Below, in pieces: positions 16,872 to 26,100 of a stretch of 39,466 nucleotides of DNA. The stretch is from positions 1 through 39,466 of the IMG/VR virus record IMGVR_UViG_3300037608_000244; one strand, written 5' to 3'. The notes under the pieces are model-generated. The model saw nothing but the letters and a program-made list of their open reading frames with translations. It ran no database searches and was not told where the DNA came from. This DNA comes from a virus. Taxonomy: Duplodnaviria > Caudoviricetes. The position numbers and the translations under genes are program-made. Position 1 is the stretch's first letter. Every line of letters begins with the position of its first letter.

Positions 16872-16886
16872 CCCGGCTTTGCCGGG
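16872..16886. other. GC hairpin/cruciform downstream of the VR
   Basis: CCCGGC-TTT-GCCGGG, 50 nt after the stop codon. Confidence 0.7.
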
Positions 16887-16892
16887 ACAGGT

Positions 16893-16904
16893 GCTGAACG
16901 CTGG
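16893..16904 (+). repeat. Probable truncated template repeat (TR) stub
   Basis: GCTGAACGCTGG identical to the VR start at 16699-16710; identity ends just before the HNH RBS. Confidence 0.55.
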
Positions 16905-16912
16905 ATTGAGGT

Positions 16913-17476
16913 ATGTCTATGCCTAAAAGAGACTGCGTCTGCGTTGTTTGCAAAAAACAATTTAGTATTTCGGGAAACGATAGAACAGGAAAATACTGTT
17001 CAAGGGATTGTTATTGGGTGCAAAAGTCCAGGGATATGGATGGAGAAAAACACCCAAGATACAACAAAAAACACGGGTTTTTTGGTACAAAAGTCTATCA
17101 AGTATGGGCAGCGATGAAAAACAGATGTCTGTGCAAGTCTAACAAAGATTATGAAAAGTATGGCGGCAGGGGTATAACCGTGGACGCAGACTGGCTCAGC
17201 TTTGAAAACTTTTACCGGGATATGGGTGATTCTCCCGATGGGCATAGTTTGGATAGAATAGACAATTCCAAAGGTTATTCAAAAAATAATTGCAGGTGGG
17301 CAAATTCACAGACTCAACAAAATAACCGCAGAACCACCATATTGCTAACATATAAAGGTGCCACGAAATCGCTGTCTGAATGGGCTGAGGAAAAGGGAAT
17401 TTTATATGGAACTATGTTGACAAGGCATTATAGAGGATGGTCGCCAGAAAGAACGATTGAACATGGAGGTATATAA
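16913..17476 (+). CDS. HNH homing endonuclease with N-terminal zinc finger
   Basis: W..MK.RC....Y..YGGRGI.V...W..FE.F..DMG......SLDRIDN..GY...NCRWA....Q.NNRR motif; CVVC...YCSRDC. Confidence 0.9.
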   Translation: MSMPKRDCVCVVCKKQFSISGNDRTGKYCSRDCYWVQKSRDMDGEKHPRYNKKHGFFGTKVYQVWAAMKNRCLCKSNKDYEKYGGRGITVDADWLSFENFYRDMGDSPDGHSLDRIDNSKGYSKNNCRWANSQTQQNNRRTTILLTYKGATKSLSEWAEEKGILYGTMLTRHYRGWSPERTIEHGGI

Positions 17477-17477
17477 C

Positions 17478-17765
17478 ATGGTCGGGTTTCCACGTTGGTT
17501 CAACACACGGCAGGATGTAGAACTTTGCCTGAAAGAATATCCGGATCAGATGAAAGCAAAACTTCGGGAATGGAAGAAAAATTGCTACTGCTGGCAACCT
17601 GGCACTCAATTGGTTGACGATGACGCAGGCATTGAAGATGAGACACACATGATTGAAACAAGAGATGATGGTACCAGATGGCAGATTGCATTGGTTGAAG
17701 ATTCGAATGGGCATCTGGCGCGATTGAGGATAACAGGGGAAGATGCAGATAAGATGTGTAATTAA
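17478..17765 (+). CDS. Hypothetical phage protein
   Basis: GGAGGT RBS before ATG 17478; GFP...NTRQD N-terminus. Confidence 0.7.
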   Translation: MVGFPRWFNTRQDVELCLKEYPDQMKAKLREWKKNCYCWQPGTQLVDDDAGIEDETHMIETRDDGTRWQIALVEDSNGHLARLRITGEDADKMCN

Positions 17766-17777
17766 GGGGGTAGGCAC

Positions 17778-17999
17778 ATGGGAAACGGCTTTATTGTGGT
17801 GAATAAAGAAGATTGGGAAAAAACGCCTGCTGAACAAAAGGATTGGCTCATATTTAACACGCTGCAAAGTTTAAATGAGCGCGTCGCCACTTTGGAAACC
17901 CGGTTTACATTTAAAACTACACTCAATTTTTTTGGCTCTGTTGTTGGTGGAGCGGTTATGGTCCTTGTGTTGGCGCTGTGTAAAATAAAGGCTTTTTAA
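17778..17999 (+). CDS. Small membrane protein (coiled coil + 1 TM), possible holin/antiholin
   Basis: Single C-terminal hydrophobic helix; directly upstream of the endolysin. Confidence 0.55.
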   Translation: MGNGFIVVNKEDWEKTPAEQKDWLIFNTLQSLNERVATLETRFTFKTTLNFFGSVVGGAVMVLVLALCKIKAF

Positions 18000-18009
18000 G
18001 GGGGAACAA

Positions 18010-18372
18010 ATGCCAAGCAGAAAAGTAGAAGATCTATTGCCTGAGCTTCAAGTTTTATTCCATGAATTTACCATGAAAATGCATGATGAAGGCATACAGT
18101 TTATTGTCACATGCACAAAAAGAAGCAGTGAAGAACAAAAAGAACTTTATGCCCAGGGGAGGACTAAACCGGGAAAGGTTGTTACCTGGACTATAAATAG
18201 CAAGCATTGTGAAGGTAAAGCATTTGACATTGTATTAATCGAAAATAATCAAGCCTGCTGGGATGCAAAGAAGTACACAAGGGCAGGTGAGCTCGGCGAA
18301 AGTGTTGGCCTTGTGTGGGGCGGCAGATGGAAAAAACCGGATGCGCCGCATTTTCAACTGAAGGAGGGGTAA
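18010..18372 (+). CDS. Endolysin, M15 family L-Ala-D-Glu peptidase
   Basis: R...EQ..LYAQGRTKPG..VT, S.H..G.AFD, WGG.W...D.PHFQ motifs. Confidence 0.92.
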   Translation: MPSRKVEDLLPELQVLFHEFTMKMHDEGIQFIVTCTKRSSEEQKELYAQGRTKPGKVVTWTINSKHCEGKAFDIVLIENNQACWDAKKYTRAGELGESVGLVWGGRWKKPDAPHFQLKEG

Positions 18373-18375
18373 AAC

Positions 18376-18948
18376 ATGGACTGGAAAGATATTGGTCAGA
18401 TCGCGGCAAAGTTTGCGCCTCTTGTGGGTACCGCCCTCGGGGGTCCTCTCGGCACCGGGATAGGCGCTATTATTGCATCAGTTTTCGGTGTTGAAGCGCA
18501 GCCGGACAAAGTTGCTGATGCTATATCAGCAGACCCGCAGGCAGCACTCAAACTCCGGGAGATTGAAATAAATAATGCTACGGAGCTACAGAAAGCCGTC
18601 ATAGCGGCTGAGACCCTGCGGATAGCCGAAGAGACAAAACAGATACAGGCGGTAAATGCCACAATGCAGATTGAAGCACAATCCGGACACTGGCCGACCT
18701 GGTCCTGGCGTCCTTATTGGGGATTTATCAGCGGTACCGCTTTTCTCGTTGTCTGTGTCCTTGTTTGCATTCTTGCCTATAAAGCTGTTCTTGAAAAACA
18801 GCCTGAAGCTCTTGCGATGATACCGCAACTGGTTACTTCCTTTACCATGCTCTTCGGCATCCCCGGCGCGATCCTCGGCGTAGCCTCTTATATGCGCGGA
18901 AAAATGCAGGTTGAACATGCAAAAACAGTCACCGAAGGTGCCAAGTAA
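18376..18948 (+). CDS. Holin, 3TM (GTA-holin-like) family
   Basis: AP..GTALGGP.G N-terminus, WRP..G motif and two C-terminal TM helices; follows the endolysin. Confidence 0.75.
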   Translation: MDWKDIGQIAAKFAPLVGTALGGPLGTGIGAIIASVFGVEAQPDKVADAISADPQAALKLREIEINNATELQKAVIAAETLRIAEETKQIQAVNATMQIEAQSGHWPTWSWRPYWGFISGTAFLVVCVLVCILAYKAVLEKQPEALAMIPQLVTSFTMLFGIPGAILGVASYMRGKMQVEHAKTVTEGAK

Positions 18949-19271
18949 TGACCTTTGCAGATCAGATAGCCGCGGACCTGACGGCCGTATTCTTTAACAC
19001 CGATGAATTTGCCGAAACGATCACATTCAAAGGCGTAACCATACCGGCAATTGTTACGCGACAGAAGAAAATAAACAATGTCGGGACATATAAAATAACT
19101 GCCTGGATTGAGGTAAAAGTCTCGGACGTGCCGGCTCCGAAATACCGCGATGTTGTCGTTATAGGTGCCGATACATTTTATGTCTACCAGGATGATGATG
19201 TAACGCCGGAAAAAGACGACAGCGGATTGACCTGGATAATACCGCTGATACGGGATGAGAGGCCGTTATGA
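18948..19271 (+). CDS. Head-tail joining protein (gpFII-like)
   Basis: F.DQI..DL..VFFN.DEFAE N-terminal motif; first gene of the neck/tail block. Confidence 0.7.
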   Translation: MTFADQIAADLTAVFFNTDEFAETITFKGVTIPAIVTRQKKINNVGTYKITAWIEVKVSDVPAPKYRDVVVIGADTFYVYQDDDVTPEKDDSGLTWIIPLIRDERPL

Positions 19272-19876
19272 GCTTGATAAATTGTCATATGAATGAATTT
19301 TTAAAAGAGTTTGAGGCTGATAATCAAAATAGGATTAAAGCGGGGCAAACGGCTGTTAAAGTGGAAGGGTTCAGGCTCATGCGGCTTTTGCAGTCTCAGG
19401 TTAAAACCTCATCTCCGGGAGGAAAAACGTTTTCTCCCATGACTGAAATTGCAAAATCAATATCAGGCAGCGCGATTAAACATAAAAACAAACCTCTTTA
19501 TAATCTTTATAAAGCGATCCGGTATAATGCAGCCGGTGATAACTCACATTACAAAGTTGAAATAGGAGCTACAGATACACGCCGGGAGCGCCTTTCACAA
19601 AGCTGGAAAAATATATTTACGGAAACCCAGCAGGGTGTTGTAAAGCAGGTGACGGATTCTATGCGGAAGCGTTTAATCGCCCTGGGTGAAACTTTAAAAG
19701 AAAAGAGGGGTAAAGCTAAAGGCAGGGCTAAATTCTTCTTCCTCAAGCCAACTACAACCCAGTTCAAAACCCCGGCAAGGGATATAATAGACACATTCCT
19801 GAATGCTAATGAAAGTAATATTATGCCCAACATCCGGAGTAATTTTGAGCGCAAAATAAGAGGCGAACGGATATGA
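19268..19876 (+). CDS. Putative tail completion/neck protein
   Basis: Basic protein with a C-terminal PAR motif, positioned between head-tail joining and tail terminator genes. Confidence 0.55.
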   Translation: MSLINCHMNEFLKEFEADNQNRIKAGQTAVKVEGFRLMRLLQSQVKTSSPGGKTFSPMTEIAKSISGSAIKHKNKPLYNLYKAIRYNAAGDNSHYKVEIGATDTRRERLSQSWKNIFTETQQGVVKQVTDSMRKRLIALGETLKEKRGKAKGRAKFFFLKPTTTQFKTPARDIIDTFLNANESNIMPNIRSNFERKIRGERI

Positions 19877-20721
19877 GCAACATCAACACAATCCTCGATA
19901 ACTGGAAACTGATAATTGCTCTTGATCCGCTTATCAGGGCCTGGACACAGGCAACATACAGCAAGGATCATACTATTTATATCGGCATTGACGAACGGGA
20001 CAGGCCCCCTGATGCTGATTATCCCTGTATATTGCTTTACCCTGCCCGGAAAAGCTCCGGATATCAGAAAGAAGTTGTTGAGCACATTATCGGTGTTTCA
20101 ATGGGCGTGATAAATGCACAGCGCGAACCGTACCTGAAAGAACTGCCCGGACTTGCAGAGGGAACAAACGCACATACACTGAAAATAGCCGCTGACTGCA
20201 CATACAGCATTAACGGCATTGATTATACCAAAGATGCCGCCGACAATATCGCCATGACCGCCTGCGTAGAGCAGGCAATTAATACATATTGCTATTATCT
20301 GGTGAGCATTAATAAAACCGGCTCCGTGACAGTGACAAAGGGCACGAGCGCAGCCACTTCCGCAGACGCCGCAATTGCTTTGCCGGCACTTCCTGCTGAC
20401 AGTGCGCCCCTGGGGACAATCCTGATCCTGACGGACGCAACCCATACGTTTACATCCGGGACAACAGACCTCTCGGCAGCCGGGATAACAGCGACAATAA
20501 GAGACTGGAACATCAAAGAATATAAGGGTGTCAAGGAAGCGGAGAATTTCAGGCAGAAAGTGCTTGCGGCAATTAAGAGCATGACGGAGGCGCAGCGCGG
20601 CGGGATGATTGATTCCGATGATCCAGAATACGCGATGATTGAATTTTACCCGCACTTTGTAATTGATATGCCGTTGACTATTACACAAAGTCTTTATCAG
20701 GGCGTCGACCCTGTTGAATAG
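19873..20721 (+). CDS. Putative tail terminator with an inserted beta-rich domain
   Basis: IYIG.....P....YP.I N-terminus typical of terminators; ~125 aa Thr/Ala-rich insert. Confidence 0.5.
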   Translation: MSNINTILDNWKLIIALDPLIRAWTQATYSKDHTIYIGIDERDRPPDADYPCILLYPARKSSGYQKEVVEHIIGVSMGVINAQREPYLKELPGLAEGTNAHTLKIAADCTYSINGIDYTKDAADNIAMTACVEQAINTYCYYLVSINKTGSVTVTKGTSAATSADAAIALPALPADSAPLGTILILTDATHTFTSGTTDLSAAGITATIRDWNIKEYKGVKEAENFRQKVLAAIKSMTEAQRGGMIDSDDPEYAMIEFYPHFVIDMPLTITQSLYQGVDPVE

Positions 20722-20773
20722 ATACAAATAGCTGACCGGTTACGGTTAGCTCATAAGAAAGGAGGTAACGGGC

Positions 20774-21037
20774 ATGATGAACCCATATAAGGGCATTATC
20801 AGGCTGGAATGCAATGAGGAGAAGTGCGGTGTTGTGAAGGGGAAAAATGTTGAGCCCCAGTGCATCTACTGCAAGGCAGGCATATTTATTGTGGATCACG
20901 ACGGAAACACGCTGGCACACTCCACATGTCTCGAAGCAATAAAAGATGAATCACCGGCTCCACAACAGGAGGCCAAGCCGAAAGTTAAAAAGGACGCCGG
21001 AATAAAATTAGAGGAGGTAACAGAAGATGGCATATAA
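20774..21037 (+). CDS. Small Cys-containing hypothetical protein
   Basis: AGGAGG RBS; overlaps the tail tube start. Confidence 0.6.
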   Translation: MMNPYKGIIRLECNEEKCGVVKGKNVEPQCIYCKAGIFIVDHDGNTLAHSTCLEAIKDESPAPQQEAKPKVKKDAGIKLEEVTEDGI

Positions 21038-21443
21038 CACGACTCCCTTTCACGGCAAGGTAGCAAGGATTGAGAAGAACAATGTTGCAATGGCTTTTTC
21101 GGACGGCTGGCAGATAAGCACATCGCTTGATATGTCTGATAAATCTGCTCAGGGGGATAGTTGGAAGTCGGCAAACCCCGGTCTTGCATCCTGGAACGGC
21201 TCTTTTTCTGGCAGTTTTGTGGCGGGCAATACCGAGCAGAAAGCATTTATTGACAATATTGTAAATGCGGCTCCGGGAACAAAGTTAACGGATGTTAAGT
21301 TTTTATTGGATGCCTCCACAAATGCCTATACCGGAGATATCTTTATTACAGGCATCAGCATAAATGCCGCCCTTAGTGATAATGTAAAACTCACCGTCAA
21401 TTTTCAGGGCGATGGAGCTTTATCATTAACAGACGCGGCATAA
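21027..21443 (+). CDS. Tail tube protein
   Basis: HGK...., W.I....D..D....GD.WK...PGL.SW.GS, Y.G...IT..SI.A.......V.FQG.G.L pattern. Confidence 0.8.
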   Translation: MAYNTTPFHGKVARIEKNNVAMAFSDGWQISTSLDMSDKSAQGDSWKSANPGLASWNGSFSGSFVAGNTEQKAFIDNIVNAAPGTKLTDVKFLLDASTNAYTGDIFITGISINAALSDNVKLTVNFQGDGALSLTDAA

Positions 21444-21458
21444 AACAGGAGGTGTGAT

Positions 21459-22352
21459 ATGGCTGACATAAGCGTGCCTTCTCATGGCAAACACGGCAAT
21501 ATTTTCCGACTCAGGCCCAACGGTTTCAAGGGCGAAGGGTTAAACGATGCTTTGTGGGGCACAGGCTACAACGGCGCTGCATCCGGTGATTTTGAAGTTG
21601 TTATTGACCACGCCGGTGCAACCGACAGCTTCAAATGGCGTAAAAACGGCGGAGCATGGACCGAGGATGTGGATATCACCGGAGCGGAGCAGACTCTTTC
21701 CGATAACCAGAAAATTACCTTTGCAGCCACAACAGGGCATACCGCCGGAGATCAATGGAGCATCGGGAATTTGAAAGACGAAGCAACAACGGAATCCGGC
21801 ACGACAGCACAGATAACGGCAGCTGCAAAGCGCCTGCTGAATCCGAATGCTACCCTTGTCTGGACGGATTCAGGCGGGGCAGTATGCCAATGGGTTGACT
21901 GGTCAAGCGGGATCGGGCATTTTGACAAGAATGTTACCGCCGTCACCGTTACCGGAAATAACGGGTATGTCGTCGACTCCGGACTGCAAAAACTCGGGTA
22001 TCTCCTGTCCTGGAATATGACCGCGAATGTTGACATGGCTGATAAAACCGTCATGGGCGACAAATGGAAATCGGCATTACCGGGTATGGCCGGAGGCAGC
22101 GGAGGATCGGAAGGATTTTTCATCGGGAATAAATCGCTGCTCGACGAACTTCTTGCGGCGATAGCGGCAACACAGAAAGTGTGCCTGGTACAGCTCTTTA
22201 CCTATGACCCGGATCAGGATCAGACAGGCTCGCATTTTAACGTCTGGGTGAATTTTACCGGGCTGAGTGTAAACGCTTCTATGGGCGAAATTGTAAAAGA
22301 ATCGGCAAATTTCCAGTTCTACGGCAAGCCGGGGTATGTAGCAAATGCGTAA
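21459..22352 (+). CDS. Second tail tube paralog with a ~155 aa insertion
   Basis: Shares P.HGK N-terminus and W......DM.DK...GD.WKSA.PG.A and NFQ..G motifs with 21027-21443. Confidence 0.7.
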   Translation: MADISVPSHGKHGNIFRLRPNGFKGEGLNDALWGTGYNGAASGDFEVVIDHAGATDSFKWRKNGGAWTEDVDITGAEQTLSDNQKITFAATTGHTAGDQWSIGNLKDEATTESGTTAQITAAAKRLLNPNATLVWTDSGGAVCQWVDWSSGIGHFDKNVTAVTVTGNNGYVVDSGLQKLGYLLSWNMTANVDMADKTVMGDKWKSALPGMAGGSGGSEGFFIGNKSLLDELLAAIAATQKVCLVQLFTYDPDQDQTGSHFNVWVNFTGLSVNASMGEIVKESANFQFYGKPGYVANA

Positions 22353-22360
22353 CCGAGTAC

Positions 22361-22385
22361 CCCGCCTTGGTAAAAACAGGGCGGG
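22361..22385. other. Intergenic stem-loop after the tail tube genes
   Basis: CCCGCCTTG-gtaaaaa-CAGGGCGGG; no U-tract. Confidence 0.55.
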
Positions 22386-22405
22386 ATTAAAATTAAGGAG
22401 GTTTT

Positions 22406-22762
22406 ATGAGTTTTAAAATTGATATGTCAAAGCTGAAATATGAATCTCAGGAGTTTAATTATAAAGAAGATATAAAGCTGAAAATACGGCCTTTTCCGGC
22501 AAGTGAAGGGGAGATAGTATATTCGAGCAGGGGCGCTGTGATACCCAACAAAACCGGACAGGATAAATTCGTTTACTGTCTCACCGGATGGAGCGGAGAT
22601 GTTGTTGACACTGACGGCAAGCCCTTACCCTGCACAGATGATATTAAACGCGCAATATATGATTTCCATGAAATAAATCAGGATTGCATGGATATGGTTG
22701 TTTTTGTAATAAGTAAGGTAAACGCATTCAAAAATAAAAAGGAAAGTGAAGAACAGGACTGA
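22406..22762 (+). CDS. Tail assembly chaperone (gpG-like)
   Basis: Position between tube and tape measure; L.GW...V.D..G..LP motif. Confidence 0.75.
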   Translation: MSFKIDMSKLKYESQEFNYKEDIKLKIRPFPASEGEIVYSSRGAVIPNKTGQDKFVYCLTGWSGDVVDTDGKPLPCTDDIKRAIYDFHEINQDCMDMVVFVISKVNAFKNKKESEEQD

Positions 22763-22797
22763 AGCAGTGGGCTGATTGGTGGTTCGCGGACGCGAAA

Positions 22798-23139
22798 ATG
22801 AGCTGCGATCTGTGCCGGTCGTCCCAGAAAGATGAATTTGAGGGGTATAAAGATTTGAATTGCGCGGGCATCGACACCACAGAAATCTGCAGGAAGATAG
22901 GCAAGGCCGGCTTTCCTGTCGTGCCCAAACTCTCACAGGAGAACAAACGATTCATTGACGGTTTTTTCTCCCGTGTAGCTCCGGGCTTGTTTAAAAGCTC
23001 CGGTGATTATGATTACGGCCCGATACAGCTTGCGTTTAATATTTACGGTATACGGGACACGTCACAACGGAAGTATTTGATGGACAAATGCCTCGTGATG
23101 ATAGCGGCGCATAGTGAGGCAAGGAGAAAAAAGGGATAA
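22798..23139 (+). CDS. Tail assembly chaperone second ORF (gpT-like)
   Basis: In the -1 frame relative to G and open from 22750 (LKQWADWWF..CDLC); precedes the tape measure gene. Confidence 0.65.
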   Translation: MSCDLCRSSQKDEFEGYKDLNCAGIDTTEICRKIGKAGFPVVPKLSQENKRFIDGFFSRVAPGLFKSSGDYDYGPIQLAFNIYGIRDTSQRKYLMDKCLVMIAAHSEARRKKG

Positions 23140-23142
23140 ACC

Positions 23143-26100
23143 ATGGCACAGCTTAAGATAGACCTCATTGTTGATGATAAAGGCAACGTCATAATCAACA
23201 AAACAACCGAGAATTTCGGCAAGATGGATCATGCTGTCAGGCAGGCCAACACAGCAGTTACAACAATGCAGTCCTCCGTAGATAAGCTAAGCAATTTTGT
23301 CGGGGAAGCTTTTGCGATAGGTGCAATAACACTATTTGCCAAGTCGGCCATAGATGCAGGGCTCGCCATGGAGCGCATGAATTCGACAATGGATGCAGCA
23401 GTAGGTAACAGCAATCTGGCAGGCAAGGAACTGCAATTTGTCAGAGAGCAAAGCGAAAGACTTGGTCTTAACCTCGTTGACACATCCCTTGCTTATGCAA
23501 AATTCGCAGCATCAGCAAAAAACACGTCTATTGAAGGGGAAGCTTCACGCAAAATCTTTGTTGGAGTATCTGAAGCGGTTACCGCATTGAGATTGCCCGG
23601 AGAACAGGCAAATGGCATATTTTTGGCCTTGTCTCAGATGATATCGAAAGGCAAAGTACAGGCTGAAGAATTGCGCGGGCAGTTGGGCGAAAGATTACCC
23701 GGCGCCTTCAAACTGGCCGCTGATTCTATGGGCGTAACCACTGCCGAACTTGATAAAATGCTGAAAGATGGAAAGGTGATTGCATCTGACATGCTCCCCA
23801 AATTAGCGCAAAAGCTCCATGAAACGTATGGCTCAGCGGCGGCGGAAGCAGCCGAAAAGGGCCAGGCGGCAATTAACCGGTTTAACAATGCGTCTTTCGA
23901 ATCTAAAGCAGCCCTCGGAGAGGCTTTATTGCCCGCGCTGGTAGATGTATTAAACATGTTCCGCGGTGGGACTCCGATTATAACAACCTTTATCGGTACG
24001 TTTAAATTTATGGTTGTTGATATTTTAAGCGGGGCGGATAAGTTGATGGTATACATGAAAGACCTTAAAAGCGTAGCTATTGCGGGCGCTGTTGGAGGTC
24101 CCATTGCCGGAGCTGTCGCAGGCGTGGCGAAACTTATCAGTGGAGTAAGCGACAAATCAAAAGCTGAACTGGCAGAGATAGACCGCCGGGCGCAATGGAC
24201 AAAAGACGATATAATCAAATCAATGGCAAAAACCGAGACATCCGTCAAAACAGCATCGGAATTGGCCGCGGAAGCGGCAAAAGCAGCGGCGGCAAAAGCA
24301 GGGGAAGCCATAGGCGGGCTTTCCAAAGAGGAACAAAAAGCGGCTAAGGAAGCCAAAAAAGTTGAAGAGGACCTCCTTGCCCAGCTTACCAAGCAGAATA
24401 AAACATTTTATGACACCGTAACGGCAGACGCGAAAAGCTCAGCAGAATTAAAAATAAAAATGGGTGAGAATGTCCTTGACGTCTCCCTGGAACTGTACGC
24501 GAAAGAGCAGAGCGCTCTTAATGCCTGGTATAATAAGCAAGCAGAATACATCAACAGCGGTTTTGACAATGAAAAAGTAAAGCAGGAAAAGCTTAATACC
24601 CTATATGATGAGTACGGGAAAAAATGGGAAACAAATGAAAATACGAAGGCAAAGAAAGTTGAAGATTACTCTCAGAAAAACCTTACAACCGAAGCGTCAT
24701 TGTATAAAACAATAGATCAATATTCTGAGAATTCCGTAAATGCCGACATAGCTGCCCTGGAAAAGAAATACAAAGAATATGCCAACTATACAAAAAATAC
24801 CGTCGCATTGGAAGAAGCCCGCGCGATTGAAGAAAAAAGAATCAGGCTCAATAATGCGGCAGCCAAAGCAGGCGTTGAACAAAATTATTATTCTACTGTA
24901 GCGGCCTGGGGCGCGGATTATTATACCGCTGTTGAAAAACGCCTGAACGCGGAAGCAGACCTTGAAGCCCTGAAGGTCGGAAAAACGTTCGACAGAGAGA
25001 AATGGCTTACCGTAAAGTGGCGGGACGAATACGCGAAAAGAGATTCTGCTGCTGCAAGCTTTTATGGCTCTTTGCAAAATTACGGGGAGACATCCTACAA
25101 AGCAGAGATAAGGAATATTGAACGCCAGGCGCAGGCATTTAGAGACGCCGGTTATGAAGAAGCCGCTGTCCTTGAATATGTCAGGCTCAAATCTGCTGAA
25201 TCATATATAAAAATGGCTAAAAATTCACAAGACTGGGTCATCGGAGTTAAAGCCGGATTATTAGAAGTATCCCTTGCGCACACTACCTGGGGAGATACGG
25301 CAAAAGCGGTTACGCTGGCTTTTGTCAATGAGTCCAAGACACAGTTAACGGATAATCTTTTCAATGCTCTAAAAGGAAATTTCAACAATATCGGCATTGA
25401 TTGGCAGAATCTTCAGGATACCATGCTGAAATCTCTTGCAAAGAATCTCGTTGATATGGGAGCTGAAGCAGTATCAAAAGGTGCAATCAAACTATTTTTT
25501 GAAACTAAGTGGACCGAAGATGGCTCCAATGTCCTCGGGATCGTCAATAAAGTTCTCGGCTTTGCCGGGGATTTATTGAGCGGTACAACCCGAGATTCGG
25601 CGGGTATTATAGGCGGCACAGATGCAATGTATACGCTTGCCAACGGTGGTTTTGTCCCTGGTTACGCAAACGGCGGTAACTCTCCTATGAATGACACTGT
25701 ACGTGCCATGCTCTCTCCCGGTGAATTTGTTATTGACAGGGAGAGCATACAGGCAATAGCAGGGCAAGGGCAGCGCGGTGACACCATGCTTGCACACATT
25801 AACCCTGCTGAAGCGGCATTGTTAAAAACGCTGGGCGGTGCAGGCACCATTAACCCTCGCACCGGTCTCCCTCAATTCTACGGTACATTTCAGAAAGTAG
25901 GCGCAAATGAAAGATTCCCGGATGGTACATACGCATCCACTTGGGGCGATTGGCGATATGTTTCTGATAATCCGGCGAACCCTTACCGATATTTCACCTC
26001 ACCCATTGACAGCATGAACGGGGCGGTTGCAGACTGGTCAAAAGTCACCTGGAAGAACGGCGTTGCTTATACGGGCGGCGTTGATTCTATGTGGAGTATG

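Noticed and set aside
16823-17765. Complete active DGR
   Set aside because: No reverse transcriptase or Avd ORF and no full-length TR found in the window.
22361-22385. Intrinsic terminator
   Set aside because: No U-tract, and tail genes continue downstream; kept only as a stem-loop.
23634-24392. 252-aa antisense ORF in the tape measure gene (and similar antisense ORFs in portal, ligase, terL and neck genes)
   Set aside because: Shadow frames of well-supported + strand genes with no motifs or RBS.
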